From NCBI GenBank assembly GCA_964057225.1, contig OZ059897.1, forward strand, positions 10,106,001 to 10,170,000: a DNA stretch of 64,000 bases. The letters are read 5' to 3'. The first letter of the stretch is position 1. The number at the start of each line of letters is the position of its first letter. A program made the translations under genes and the position numbers. Below are positions 14,204 through 29,600 of the stretch, one piece after another. This DNA is from Auanema rhodensis (Eukaryota > Animalia > Nematoda). The notes under the pieces are model-generated. The model was not told where the DNA came from, ran no database searches, and saw only the letters and a program-made list of their open reading frames with translations.

Positions 14204-16023
14204 TTATATTATATATTAATTATACAATTTGACCCAACACTTAACGTAGTAGAAAAATTAATAATTGAATATTATCTATTTCTCAATGTTTTCAAAATAT
14301 CATTGTAGCAAAAAGCAGGTGTAAAGGAAGATTCACCAATAGCACCAAAATAGCCTGTTTAAAATAGGAACAGGTTGGAATTTAGTCAACTCTGACATCC
14401 AAAAACAGTCAAAGATCTGAAAATTCTCAGAAGTCCGTTGATATTGTTATTAAATGTATTTTCGAAATTGAATATATTGCCATATGCTATGATAAAAAAA
14501 TTGATCTCAAATATCATATATGATATTTCTGATACCTTATTTGTTTTTGAAATAATTCTCTTGCAATATGAAATATTGAGCATAATTGTTGTTTCTCTCC
14601 ATACTTTTCTAAAAAAAATTATTCAGTTGTTGACAAAATTATTTTTCCAATTACCCTCCTTCTAATAGTTTCCACTTTGATATAACTCCTGAACTTGTCA
14701 ATGAGTACAAAACTCCATTCTGAGAAAAGATATCCACAGTATGTTCATTCCTTTTGAAACTGATGACGTGAGAAAGTTTCCTAAATGGAAACAAAATGGT
14801 CTCACAACTTGTTATCATCAAGGCTATACTTATTCCGAATGATATAACATTTTTGTTTGACTTTGTTTAAAAAGCCATAATGCTGAGAATCAATGAAGAC
14901 AGCATAGTTGATAGATTCGAAATATTTCTAAATGAAGTATATATGTATGTGAATTTATTTTGGACAATGATTTTATATACAATCTGTTCATCATAGACGG
15001 TGGTATATTCAGTTGTATCTTTTAAGCTTGTAAAGCATATTTCATTCTTATTTATAATTATTAAGTCTGTTGAATGACCAAAGAAATAAAAACAACGTTT
15101 GACTGGACAAAGAAGAGGCGATAAATAAGATATTCTATAAGGTTGATAGATACTTGAAAATATATAATTCGTACACAATTACCTTTGGAACTTATCATTT
15201 AAAATTTCTCCATCATTAGTGACATAATGATAAGTAGAACATGTCGGGAAAATGACATTAATAATATTGTTTTGTCTAAATACGTACAAATTCATTGAGC
15301 TCTAATCTCTTCACGTACTTTATTGTTTTAATAACTTTTGGCCCTGGCACCTTGGCTATTGTGATTTTGTTTTCCGCTAAAATCTGTAAAAGAACTTTCA
15401 TGTTGTTCACCAAAGTCAGAAAAACTAACAATCAAGTAATCTGATTCACTAATTAACTTATACTTCTTTCCTTCTTTGATCAATCCTAGCTCAAGAAATG
15501 ATCTTTTCTAAATTTATTCGAAGATAAAATATAATTGGGAAGCTTTAGGTAGTACAAGCAGGTTATTGGTATAAAAAACTTCCAAAATTAAATGTTGTTC
15601 ATCTATTCCAATAAGTAATGCAAAAAATTTCTAAAAATAGAATAAACATACTTAATATTAGTATAAAAGGATTATAATAGTATATTCATAAGTTCAAACT
15701 ATCAAATATACTTTTGTTTTTTTTTTTAGAATTAATGTTACGGAACTGAATATAGTTTACGTTATCTTTCAAGTTTATCTTGTCCTTATTATCGTTCTCT
15801 CACTATAATATAAGTTAAGAAAGAAAGTGGGTCTGTAATTCTCCTCATATCTTATTATAACCTATATCCGCGAAACTTACATACATATCTGAAATAAATA
15901 ACGTTCATTTCATATAATTTTCTCTGTAATGATACATCATCTTATCTTTGTATTTCTGAACTTTTTCAAATCAATTTATCATTATTTTCTATTTCAGTTA
16001 TGTAATTATACAATTTCGCTTTC

Positions 16024-17507
16024 ATGGTTAGTCGCTGGTTTACCATAATTCTCTCTATCTATGTGATAGCATTAATTTTAAATTTTCTTGTCGTACGAAA
16101 TGCTGCCATGTTTCCAAGATATGAATTTTCAAAAAAGGTTAGAAATATAATCCGATAATACGGAACGATTTTGTAAAATATGATTGATTAGGAACTCTCA
16201 GATGGTCCTTTGATCGCACGGAATGAATATATTCCTGGATTAGGAAAAGTATTTATAACTCATGATCTTAATTCTCTTTTCAATATCAAAAAAAAAGAAG
16301 AGAATAATTCTTCTGTTGTTAACGATCATGTATTAGAAGTTAGTTTTTACAATTTTAATAAAAAAACGACAACATGTTTAGGACATTGGAAATTTAGCAC
16401 AAGAAATATATCAGAAGTCCAATTCATTCATCTACTTTGTACTTATCAACGATGCTTTCAAAAGTTTAACTTTAAACTTTCTCTGCAATACAAAACATTT
16501 TTTAGTGAGTTGTAGATTTGATATATATATATTATCATTTTATAACGATAAATTATTTAGAATGTTCATACTCGATTATTAATTATTACCACAAGTGCCT
16601 ACACATGCCAGAGTATTAAAAGTCTTCATAACAAGGAAAGAATTGGATTTTCTGTTGTTTTATTATAAAGTTCAATAATTTAAGGTTTATTGTACGAGCT
16701 TGAATGTGGATCAATTAGATGAAGGAGCTCATTGGGGAAGTAAAAGTTATGGAGAAATTTTGAAATTGAGGATTCAAATAATGAGAAAGTTCATTGAGGT
16801 TAGACTTTCATATCATTACATCTCTTAAAACATTTTAAAATCTTTTTTTACATTTTATAGAAGTCTGTACGATTTGTTTTAATTGAACCAGATGCAATAT
16901 GGTTTGATGATCCATTTAATATTTTTAATAAAACTTTGATCGAAGATATAAAAGTGCCCATAAAAGGTAAAGTCGTTCAGGTAGGTACCGATTATGGTAA
17001 ACTTATATTTTCAAACTTTATATGTCAGTCAAATGATAGTCTGTCATTCAATCCGATGGTTGTGAATCCTACACGAAACACTAAATCAGCCTTTCTCAAG
17101 ATCGAGAAGATGCTAACCGAAAATCCATCTATATATGATCAAGTGACGCAAATCGTATAGTTTTTAGAGAATTCCCATTCGTTATAGGATATTCTGAATG
17201 AATTATGTTTCACAAAATCACTGCGATGTGGCATCTTTCCTTGGGAACTTATAGCTGACGGCATATGGTTGTTTTTTTAATCTTACATCTTAATCTTTAA
17301 TTTTTGAATAGGTTCAAAAAAAGCAATGAAGTTTCACAAAGTGTGCCAGTTATTGTGAATAATAATTTCTACATAGGTGTTAAAGAAAAAGAAAGTCGTC
17401 AAGCATTAAATGGATTTTGGTTTACAACATCCTCGGGAATATGCCATCAGCAGAAGGTTTTTCGAACACTTCAGAAGTATAGAAACCGTATACACAAACT
17501 CACTTGA
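16024..17507 (+). CDS. Type II membrane nucleotide-diphospho-sugar transferase-like protein, multi-exon
   Basis: N-terminal TM (MVSRWFTIILSIYVIALILNFLVV), EPDAIWFDDPF, DQDILN, C-terminal IVNNNFYIGVKEKESRQALNGFWF. Confidence 0.65.
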
Positions 17508-19793
17508 TATTTTCGAACACACAAATCACGAAACAATTTATGTAATTACGTACCCGTGATTCATTATGAATTACGTCATACAGTTTGCGAGCGCCAGCCT
17601 TTAGAGGCTTCAGTATTTGAGTTTGAGAATGATGTACTAAATTTGTATCGTTCAATATTTGAATCTGTAAATAAAGATTTAAAATAAATTAAAAACAACA
17701 ATACGACCTGCTTCTTGTATATAATAACAGATAACATCCAAAGTATTCTATCAAAAGCATTCTCGGGAAAATTCTCATTTTTTTGGTGATTACTTGTTCG
17801 ATCGGAAGCAATTATATCAGCATTCCCGCTGAAATCCTAAAAGCCAGGAAGTATAAACAATGTTATATTTCGAAACAGTTTCCACATACTTTCATGAGAA
17901 TTGAAAACATCTATTATATATTAGAAAGAAATACATACATAGATATGTTCATGTCTAATATGTATTTCAAAATGAAAAGGAAGAAACTTTCAGTTGGATA
18001 CGTACATACTTATGAATACTGACTGACTACGTTTTCAAAAAGCTTTCATTCTAAGGGAACAATAGTGTTTTTAGCTTTGCAGTAACTTCTTCACTATTTG
18101 TCGTTTTTTCTTAGTTTTCGTACTCTAATGTGGCTTTAGACTTCCTAAAAATTATTTTAAGTTTTCAATGTTTTACACTGCCAGACTATCAGTTACTAAA
18201 TGGTTGCTACTTTTTTATAATATTTGCCTTGCTTTTGCACTGACCTGGTACTCAACTGTTGCAGTAAGAGTTGATGAATCAGTTGTGCTATTCTCTTTTA
18301 TTTCTGTCTGGACTGCCTGGCTTTTTATTTCTTTTTTACTAAACATGCCAAATTCAATTAATAATTATTAATAGTATCTTACGGCATATCCAAGTTCATA
18401 TTACGAGCTTCCGGTAAATCCAACAATAGCTCAACTCGTCGTGCTTTGAATATTGTTTGAGTTGTTGTTTGCTTGAAATGATATGAGCATTCGACTTCAA
18501 TATCCGATAAATCTATTTTTAAATAACATTACATCACTTTATGAGAAAACATAACAAAACCTGAATTCATATTTGAGAAGAATTAATTATCAATCTCTAT
18601 GATTTCACTTTAATAAACATCGAATGAAGGTACCACAGCGTTTAGTATTGCCTATGTTCAGTAATAAGTAAGCGACAATTTGGTGAAATCCTTTTAATCG
18701 TTTAGGTTTGTAAGTTCATTGAATGAAGCAGACTAACATGTTTATGCCCGAATGATCAAGCTCTAAATTTATATTTTGATCTAAAAAGTTAAAATTGAAA
18801 ATAATATATTTAACCTTAGAAACATGAGCTCAATTGTTTTTAATTATTTTTCCTTCAAATAAAATGAAACAAATGGATATATCTCTTATTATTCCGTATG
18901 TATCATATTACTACTTGAACCTATTAATAAGTTTCATGAATATGTATATGTATATACTATGTGTATATGTCGGTACAACCATAGTATATGAAGATTTCTT
19001 CTTCTATATCTATATATATGTAATTCCTTATATATGTATATATGTATGTATACACAACTATTTATATGAGAAGTTTATGCATTTCTCAATTTTTTAATAA
19101 CATAATAGTTTAGGAAGCTGAGAGATAGAGAAGAGAAGGAGAGGGTAGTGGACGAACATTTTTTTTTCGACGCTTAATACTCGCTTGTTGTTATATTTAC
19201 GCTTGTTTAGATATAAAGAAAAGAAAAAAATCAAGCAAGAGTTCCTATTTTGTCTTCTAATATTTAGAGACAAATGTAGTCTAAGAACCAACAGAAATAC
19301 GTCGTCAACATTTAATATTGGATGCTAAGCATAGCCGTCATACATGCGTATCTTCCAATATTTTGTATATTTGATATTATTGTTAATAAATAAAAATAAA
19401 TAAAATATTCTATTAAAAGAACAATAATATATATTTATTGTTCAAATTATTTCCATTTAACGACATTTATTAGCTTTGGTTTTGTAAGTTGAGTTAAAAT
19501 TGGAAACATTCATTGTTTTCATTAAAAAGAAAAGTAGTGGTGGAGCAATACTATGTGTTTGTTTTGAAATTCTTTCTCTTTCTATCAAAAAGCATTAACC
19601 ATATAAGTTTTTTTTGGAAATAACATTCAAACGATATTTTGTTTTTTAAAGTACGCTATGTTCCACTATTATTTAAATGTTCAATCAAATTGGCTGTAAT
19701 TTAACTAATTTACGGAGGAACTTCGATGAGGAGAAAGCTTAACGAGCATTAACAAAAACTTTAGACATTAGGTTTATCAGGTATTTACTAGTA

Positions 19794-19796
<3 letters not shown>

Positions 19797-19831
<35 letters not shown>
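19797..19831. repeat. (TA)n microsatellite
   Basis: About 17 AT units. Confidence 0.9.
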
Positions 19832-19834
<3 letters not shown>

Positions 19835-20639
19835 TTTAAGAAACTTATTTGGAATCCAGTTTAAGCTTTATAATAGGTTAATTTTAGTTTGTTTGAATTG
19901 GAAAATGAGATAGTAAAATACAAGAGGGAGGAGCATTCTTGTTTCGTATGTTGCTATGTCCTCTCTAGAATCCTCATGTGTCTCTTAGGAATTGTTCTTC
20001 TTTTTTCTCTCTGCTTCTTATCTCTCTCCCTTTGCATTCATCCGCATATCTACTAGTCCTCTCTGTCTTTCCTTTTAGTTCGTTTTCAAACTACATCCTA
20101 TTATCAGAGGATTCCAATGTTTTGACCACATACATGCATACATATAACACATTCTTTCTCCTCATTCTCTGCTAGCCCATATTTGGAAGTAGTGATACTT
20201 AAATATAAATGAATTATTAAATTCAGTCTTTCAAAAAATTTATCAGATTAGGATGACGAACAGAACGAGCTGTGTGCTTCATAAAATTTAAACTGATAGC
20301 TTTTCGCAACTGGTCATATGAGCTCTAACTTCTAGAAGCCAAACAGCTTTATCACATATTTCTCATTATTTGCAGCTTCGAGTTGGAAAATATCGCTTTC
20401 TCTATTGCTTTCCTGATTTTCTTAATAATACGCTATAAACCTGCTAACATTTTTTTCCATAATATCGCATCTCATATTATATGCTCGTGTCCCTTATGTA
20501 AATGATTTTTGCTACTCTGTTGTTATTAAAAGTATTTTATTTGAATCACCTTTGTTTCATCTTGCTCGTTTTTGGATCAATTTATAACTTTTTAATTTCT
20601 TAAAGACTTGGATAAGCTGTTTTATATTCACACTCAATA

Positions 20640-23600
20640 ATGAGTTTGGACGAGTCTTCATCGCCTGAATCACTCGAGCAAATAGATGAAGAAAAACAGC
20701 GACGCGTTGTTCGTTGGGCATCTGTTCGTGAAAATGGTGCTAACAATAATGATAAAAATAATTTCGGTCTTCGTCGGACAGGCACTGTACCATCACTGGG
20801 AGGCAATAAATCAAGAAGTAAGTTTGTTTGTTCCGGTAAAAATGATCTTATGAACAGCAGATGTACATTGTTTTACTAGATACATGTGTTAATTATAAAA
20901 CTATATGAATATATTTCTATTATATCATATAGATGTACATACATACATCCATACATACATACATACATATATCATACAATTGCGAATAATTAATAAAGGT
21001 AATTAACACATTAAACATAGAAAATACATCACATAGATTTGAATAAATATGTATATATTATATATATTTCAAAATATAAGTATATATATATCGATTTGTT
21101 AAATTCTTGCTTCGAGTTTAAGCTTTTCCCTGTTTCCTCCTTTTCTCTCTTATTATTTTTCGCTATGCTTCCTGTTTCCCTCTTTGAACTCATTCTGCTT
21201 CTGTTTCTACTTATTTTTCATTCTCATTCTCTCTTCCTTTTATTACATTTCTTATGCTATCTCTCGTTCTCTCGTCATTTTACCCTCTCACTTTTTGAAT
21301 CTCTCTCTCTATCCCTCCTACAAGAGCAACTGTTGGGTATTTTTGAGACATAATCGGGCTCAACATTTATACTTACACGAATAAAATCAAACAGGAAAAG
21401 GAAAATGAAAATTAGCAAATCTTGTAATTAAATTAATTTTTTCTTCCGGAATAAAAAAATTATTAATTTGTATAGTTTTGACTCAACAAGAATATTTTAG
21501 CTGATCGATTGGATCCATTCGGAGGGCAAAGTTATCTTCGCGTCCCGGGAAATGTTTCAGGGAGAGCTTCTCCTTCTGTAGCTTCTATGACTTCTGAACC
21601 AGAATCATGCATAGATGACCAACGATTTTTGAACGAAGATGATGACATTGACATAGGTACGTCTATTTTCTATTTAAAACATTTGAATAAGTAACTTAAA
21701 AAGATCTGAAAGAAAGTAAAACCACCAGTATAGAATTTTAAATATTTTAAAAAGAATAACAAAAGAAATCAAAAATTCATCTTAAAAGCACTGATAGTTC
21801 AATTTTTTTTTTCTATTAAACTTGGACGGTTTGTTTCTTTTCATGAGAGTTTCTGAAAAAATTGGGAAAATGTATTCTATGCTACCTTCTAAATACATGG
21901 TTGCTTTCAATATTCACGATATTTATTAATTCATTATCTAATAAATGATAAACAAGACAATGGAACGATTCTAGAACTAAAACTACTCAGACTTACATGC
22001 TTGTATTACTTAAACATGTGTATTTACATGCTTCAGTCGGTAAAACTAAAACTTTTTTCGAAACTCATAATGGTAGATTCACGATTTGGGTCCAATAGGG
22101 AGTGGTGAGAGCATTTGTGATCGTAGCTTTGTTGAAGCTAAGTCTTCTTAGGACCAACTATTGTGAGTGTAGCTTGTCAGCTGTCAGATTCATTCATTCG
22201 AAACAGCAAAAGCTGGGCACCGAACTGGAAAAGAAGTCCAGGGTTTCTCGAACAGAACATGAGTTTGAAACATATCTGACATTCTTTGAAATTTCTTTGA
22301 AATAATAGATAAAATTTTTAATGAAATCAATTATTTCATTCATTCTCATCATGTTTTAACACTCTAAAATACATCATCTTTCTAATTTTTGCCCACATCA
22401 GATACTAACATACTATATTTGGCTATATTGTCTCACCAAATTTCATTGGCTCAAGAAACTCTCATTTAATTGATGGCTGAGTTTTATTGAATAATAAAGA
22501 ATGCTCAAAACTGAATATGTTGAAAATAGGAACCATTAATCATGCCATTAGCACGTCGGATAGGCAGTGAAGGCTGCTGAAATATTTCACGTGATGAGAG
22601 AGAGCCAGTTGTCTGAGCTCCCTTCATAGACCTCTTCAAGAACTCTTTCTTCGTATTCACATATTTTATCTTTACTTTTAAAAATAACTTTTATTTCTAT
22701 TTACAAATTTTTTTTCTTTTATTTCATATAATATATCCTGAAAAACATGTGCATTTATATTTTGATTTGTTGATATATCGATGTGTAATTATCTGATAGG
22801 ATGTACATATAATTGATGTTTCCGATTGAAAAATACACTAACTTTGTTGATTAATTGGTTTTTCATTATTACCAGTTATGCTTTTTTCAAATTTTATATT
22901 CTTATTTTTTGATAAATTGAAAGCTTTTCCATTTCGATTTCCTCGATGCCGGCTTTTTCATTCTTCTGAGCTCGTCGGTTCCAGCATTCATCTAACTTTA
23001 CCCACTAGAGACCTATATATTCTTGCCGCTGAACCAGATGGATTGGCTTCCTTTTAATGTTCAACTTAATTGTATAATATTGAGTTTTTGATATCCTTCG
23101 AGTTCCTCTTCTATCATGAAGTTTACAAGAATTTTAATGTTAATGTTTGTGATTGTCGAAACAAATTCCTACAACACTAAAAGCTTGTTAGACACTCAAT
23201 CTTTTAGTTTTTTTCTCACAATCTTGCCACTATTTATTAGTTAATAATGCTATTATACTCAATCAGAACGTATATTATTAAACCGTTTTGTGTTTTGATA
23301 CTTTATCTATGTATCTCGGTGTTCCTTATGTCATCGCCCCCAACGCATCTGCCAACCCAATTTTCAGGCATATCGACTCAATATTTATGAGAGCTGGAGG
23401 ATGTATACTTACTTCGATTCTTTCTCTTTTCTCATATGATTCACTCACGATGCTTACCAACAATGCTTCAGTTTTTTCTAACTAGATTATTATTCTTTTC
23501 ACTTATAATGTGATTATCATCTTGAATTTATAATTCAAATCTATATATTTTTTTAATCATTTAATGCTCATTCCTGTAAACTAGCTTAAACAAATCGTCA

Positions 23601-26600
23601 CTATTTTCTTTTATTGGATGTAGATGGTTAAACTTTTTCTTTCCAAGTCAATTAATTTCTTCAACTTGTCACTTAAACATTCCACGAAGGCGATTAATTT
23701 CTCTTCAATTTACTCGTCACTAAAAGGCTTAATGGGTGTTAGAAGAAGCTACGGTTCAGCTCATTGCTACCATCCTATAGCCAACAACTTCTGAAGTTTA
23801 CATTGAAATGCTCATAGCAGATATTCTTCCTAAATCTGTCTGTCTCTCTCTCTTCTTCCAAATGAAGATAATCGATGTGTATGCTCTTCCTTCATTGTTA
23901 TGATTCTCCTGAAAAGCTGTTCTCACCACTTACACTTCTATATGGGGAATCCTTGTTTTTTTCAGCATTCCATTCATATTTCTTGAATTATTATTTTGAA
24001 AAGTTGTTTCGTTTTTGAGCCTCCTTGAGGGGAAAATAGAAGTCAAATTGAATCAAAAGCAGTACATGAAGGCAGGGTTAAGCTCTGTGTCTATAACTCT
24101 GGAGTAAAAAAGACCAGAGAAAAAGAGATGAGGCTCTGAGGGATCGAAGACGAGATGAAATAGCAGAAGACTAGTAAGAGAGAACGAAATGTAGAGTGGT
24201 TTGAACAAGAGGAGCAAGAGTAGAAATAAAGAAGAGGAGATGGGGGTGGGACTGAGAAAAAAAGAGGTTTAGGAAGAAGAAAGGAGTAGTAGTAGAAGAA
24301 GAAAGAAAGAAAGAAAGGAAGAAAGAGAAAGTAAGAAAGCACGAAAGAAAGAAAGAAAGAAAGAGGGAGAGGCTAAAATAGAGAATGAGAGATAGATAGA
24401 TAGAGAGAATACGAGGGAGAGGAAAAGAGGGAGATAGAAAGAGAGAGAGGGAATGTTAGAACAACCGCCTCGAATATGTCTGCCATTGAAAATGAAAATT
24501 CGCACGGATTCTCACGTGCATTTGGATGAGCAGTTTAAGAAGTGAATGAAATGTGGAGAAAGAGAAGGATGAAGAAAACTAAAAACTTTGTCAATTATTA
24601 GAAATATTCAAGTTGCTGTCTCACCAATTGAAGTAATGTTGTTTTACTCTCTTGCTACGCTTTCTTTTCTCGAATTTTGTATATCCTGTCTTCCATGAAA
24701 TGATATTGTTTGACAAATTTTTCCGAAGAATTGCATCTCGAATAAAACTTCATTCGAGAGACTTTCATGAAAGTAAGCACAATCTTCTCCTTGTCTTTCT
24801 CCGAATCTAATGTATGTCTCCTTTAACTGTGCGTGCATGATGATAAATCATTGTGTTGAATTCGGAACTTTTCTCTCCGTTTTCTCAGTTTTATTACTCT
24901 TTGGCTTTTCCCGCTTCTTCACCTCTCCTGCTTGTCCGTTTGTCGTTTTGCTCAGAGTATTTTGATGTTTTACATGAAAAAAAACACAACGTTTTCTCTA
25001 TCTCTTATGATTTCTGAAATACTTACATACATATGTATGTATATTCTACTCATATGAATCCCTGCCATATTTTGCTTTAGCTTTATCAGTCAACTAATTA
25101 GTATGAAATACGATATTTATATATTTTTTCCCTAGTTAGAATTCCCTTCCTTCAAAACTCATTCACATCTCTAATTATCCATAAAAGCAAAATGAACAAG
25201 GCATCGCAACAGCAGCCCAATTGATCTCATTTTTTTTATAGCTTCGAGACATTGCGACTTTTAGAATTTCGGTCTCATACCAGTACTATTCTCTAACTTT
25301 TTAATCTTCCAGTCTAGATTAACTAACTTGAAGATGTCCCGGAATCTCAGGCTCCACCGTGAGGATTTGCAAGACTTCAGCGTTTCTAAGACGAAACTTT
25401 ATCCATTTTGCAAACAGCGTTGCTGAAGGGCGACGATGAAAGAATCTTTTCTTCCCACGTACATCTTTTATGCTAAATCGTTGGCAGTGTCCGAATCGCA
25501 CGAAAACTAAAAGCGCGATGTGTTCTTGGGAAAAAAGAGCACAAACGCTTTTGTCTATTGACTACTAGTTCTTGATATTCATATTCTGTATATATTTAAT
25601 TGTTCTTAGTTTAACTTACAATGCTTACTTTGATTATTCGTTTACGTTCTTGAGATTTTATCGATCGATCTTCTTGCTACTGGATTGTTATCATAATCAT
25701 CTCCTCCATTTTTCTTCAGAAATGTGCTAATGGCGTCACCAGATTCAGACAAGACTGATCCTTTCCATGCTTCTGATCCACCATCTGCTCCACTAACCTT
25801 TCGGGCTATTCCCGCTGTGTCTAGTAGTGCTAAATCTATTATTGACCGTAAACTACGTAAATTCGCATCTGAGGCTTCATTTGCTACTGAAACAGCATCG
25901 GAAAGCAGTCTCGAAAAAGAGGTGCCCAGTAGAACACGCGTATTCACTGTTAAGCCATCACAATACAAAGCAAATGGATCTGGACAACCTTCAACAAGTT
26001 CCGGAGGTCCTAGACGACGACGTCTTGATTCGGACGCCAGTGGTAGTGCTGGAAGTGACCTAACAGTAGCCAGCGGTATTCAAACACCTCGTCGATTGAA
26101 AAGACCAAAAAGTACTGGAGAGATGTGCACAAGCTGTACTTCAGCTACGATTCATTCGTTGGAAAGTGGCAATATCGCAGTACCAGAAGCAAGAAGACCA
26201 AGTCATGTGTATATGATGGACGATGACAGCATCCACGAATTCGAAGGAGATGAAGGTTGGTATTGATATGAACTTAGTGATTTTCGAAAATTAAAACTAA
26301 TTAGAACGATATGTTTATTCTACATATATACAGTTGATTTCGAGTTCCAGCATATTTTGAAAAAGCAACGAAAAAGTGAAAGTTTTAAACAAAAAAAATT
26401 GAAAAACAAATAACAAAACTAGCCAAAATGAAATTGTTTGTATGATTTATGTCTGCAGTGAGTAAGGCATCATGCTGCATACGTGAGGCATTGCATTGTG
26501 AGACCCTATTTAGATCTGAAAAGCTAGAACTTTACACAATTTACTAGACATTTTATATGCGTTTTCCTCTTAAGATCTTCTATCCCTGATCTTGTTGCTT

Positions 26601-29600
26601 CAAATTCTTCCCGTCCTCTTATTTTGTTGTGGCTGTTATCGAATTTGCCCGCGTTAAGAGTTGCCTGATTCAATTGGATAGCTTGATGGTTCTCTTTTCA
26701 TTGACGAATAACTCAGTCAACCCCTTCTTTCTCTATTCTCATCTTCTCCGACTTTGTAGCATAGCAGAGTTTTGTTGTCTCTTCGGAGTAGCTGCGGAAG
26801 AAATGATGTATAATGATAACTATTCAAGCACAGAGGAAGGAACAAAGAAGTATAGCCAGCAAGCAGAAATGAACACATATGGAGAATCAGGGAACAGAGG
26901 AAAGTATATAGTGAAAAAGATGCTCGTGAAATGTTAGAAGTAGATAAATGAAGAGAAGTGGGAGGGATTACAACGTTGCAAAAGGAGAACGGGAAAAAAA
27001 CGATGAGATGTGAGGTAAATGAGAAAGCCTTGTAAAGGAATGTAGAGAATTGAGAGAAGTATACGAGAATGGACTGAATTTTGACAAATAGTTTTACCTG
27101 AACAGAAGATTCGTTCACCTACTCACCCATTTGTTGAAAAATACATTTTAAGGCGATTGCTTGAAAAATCTTGTTCATGTAATGATAGAAAATAACTGAG
27201 TAAGTAGAAGCTTGGACCCACTCATTCTAATCCTAAATTGAATCTTGAAATCATTTCGATCGACATTTCTAAGCAGAAATGTTCATTCTTTAGGAATACA
27301 AGTTTGAAAAAAGTTTGTAAGAGCAATAATTGCAGTTGAAGTGATTCAAGTCAGGAAAGCAAAACCATTGTGGTCATATAATCGACTATTACTAGTCCTA
27401 AAATTATATTCTTTCATTCGATTTTAAAAAAAATGAAGTTTTGATAATTTCACCGTAGAGTCACATGGAGTAGTCGAAATTTTTTTTTTCGTATCGCTTA
27501 AATCCAGAGCATCTATAGATGAGGCTAAGTTTTTACGTATTTTCGTCAACTTGACTATATCCGTTAATGAGACGACGATCAACATGCTGTTTTCGAGTTA
27601 TTAACATCTCCCCACAATCAATAGGATGGTCATCTGTGCCTCAACAGTAGCTCTTCCCCAACATAATCATCCTAGTTTTTCTTCCCATTTTCTTCTCCAT
27701 ATTTTCTTCCCATTTTCTTCTCCATGCCGTCAATGTCGTTGTTGAGCTAGATTTGGAGAAGGATGTAGTGAACAGAGGAAAAGAGAAACCGAGACTCTAT
27801 TAGAGTGTACTACGAAGCTAGAGGCTTCAGGCAGAATGAAGGCGGAGCTTCACTCATAAAGCGCAGAGAATTGGCAATGTCGAGTCAATGCTGGCACAAG
27901 CGCATGTCAAGGTGACCCCAGTTAAGTTTTTCCATTGATCTGTCACCGACCAGCAAGACTGTACCTGATCCCGAGAAGTTGATTCCGGACACGTCCTAAT
28001 CAACAACAGTCCTAGGCCTCTTTGCACAGCGTCAATTTAACTAATTGGAAAATTCGGCGGTAAACTTTCAATTTATTCGCCGACTCATAATTGGGAAAAT
28101 TAGTTGGATTGGCATTGAACGCTTCATCGTCATTCATTTACTCTTCATACTTAATCTATAATAATTCATTGAACTTATTAATTCGCTAGATACTATTTAT
28201 TCTATTCCTTAAGATCTTTTAATGCTGTAAATTCACTACTCTCTGAAAACTGTGAGTTCAGCATCTTCAATCATATGGGCATGGGATTTGAACTATTTTT
28301 TACACCTTTCAGAACTGCTCTGCTTTGTAGTTATCAGCTGTAGTAATGAGCAACGTTGAATCAGTTCAAACAGGCACGCCAGTTAAATTGAGTTCAACAA
28401 GCCCAACATCTTCAGTAGTGGTAACGACATCATCATTTGAACCATCGTTTACTCCTGTTCTTAATACTACCATTGTGGTTCAAAGCCCTGGTCAACAGAA
28501 AGCTGAGACACGAACATTCCGATACAACGAGAATCAGCATTTCAATAAACAACTTCAGAGGATTGTTGCTAATTTGTCAACCACACAAACTGCTACAACC
28601 ACGACGCCTTCTTCGACTCTCTCAGCGTTGGACACTTCAGCTCATTCGGTTTCCACTACAACGGCCAGTACTAATGCTCAAGAAAGCGCTATTCCGATAC
28701 CGTCTTCAAGTTGTACTACGATTCAGGCGGATAATGGAACGGGTACCATGACAGCAAGCTCAGCTCCAATCAGTTCGTACGGTTTATATGTAAAGAAGCC
28801 GGATCCCCGACAACGCGCGATGTCTAGGCGAACATCTCATACATTACTATATGTACCTGAACAACGACGAATATCAAACGTTTCTGGAAACTCAATAGCA
28901 AGCTGTCCTTGTCCTACAGAGCTGTCAGAGGAATCAGATGTTTTATCACAAGAACCACCGAGATTCAGTTTGAATCTTAGTCCCGTCATATGTAGAAGAA
29001 AAAGTGTGCAAACTGGTGCACCTGCCATAGGTTTTCGACCTTTACGTACCTTTGAACGTAGAGCAAGTCAGCCTACACTTCAATTAGAGCTTTTGAAAAA
29101 TTCGAAAAAAGACGAACCTGCTCCATCATTTTGCGGAAGCAGTGGCTCTAATCCTGCACCATCTTCGGAGCAAATAGGTTTACCAATAGAGAAATCAAAA
29201 ATGCTAACAAAGCGTGTCTCTTGGTTATCCATGAAAAGTTTACAAGATTCTGGGAGAAGACCAAGCAATGGTTCAGCTAGGGGAAGCCCGTTGAGAACAG
29301 CTTCACAATATGGAAGTCAAATACATCTCGATTTAGAGAGGGAGTTCGATTCAGATACTCCACCATTGGATACCCTTAGTTGGAGCAACGCCGGAAGTAG
29401 GTCATTACTTTATCAAATTTGTCCAGAAGAATGCTCTTATCTTTTGTTTTTCACTTATATATATCTTTTTTATATATTTAATATATAATATATATCTATA
29501 TATCTATATATATTTATATATTATATTACGTAGCTTGTATTATATTCTTTTGAATGTGTTTGTGTTAAATTAGCAAAGAAAACTTGTATGCAGTCTATGA

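Noticed and set aside
14250-15650. Possible minus-strand multi-exon gene
   Set aside because: Very AT-rich; could not assemble a supported reading frame
24091-24505. Phe/Leu/Ser-rich membrane-like ORFs
   Set aside because: Antisense reading of a polypurine tract; similar to ORFs at 18834-21384
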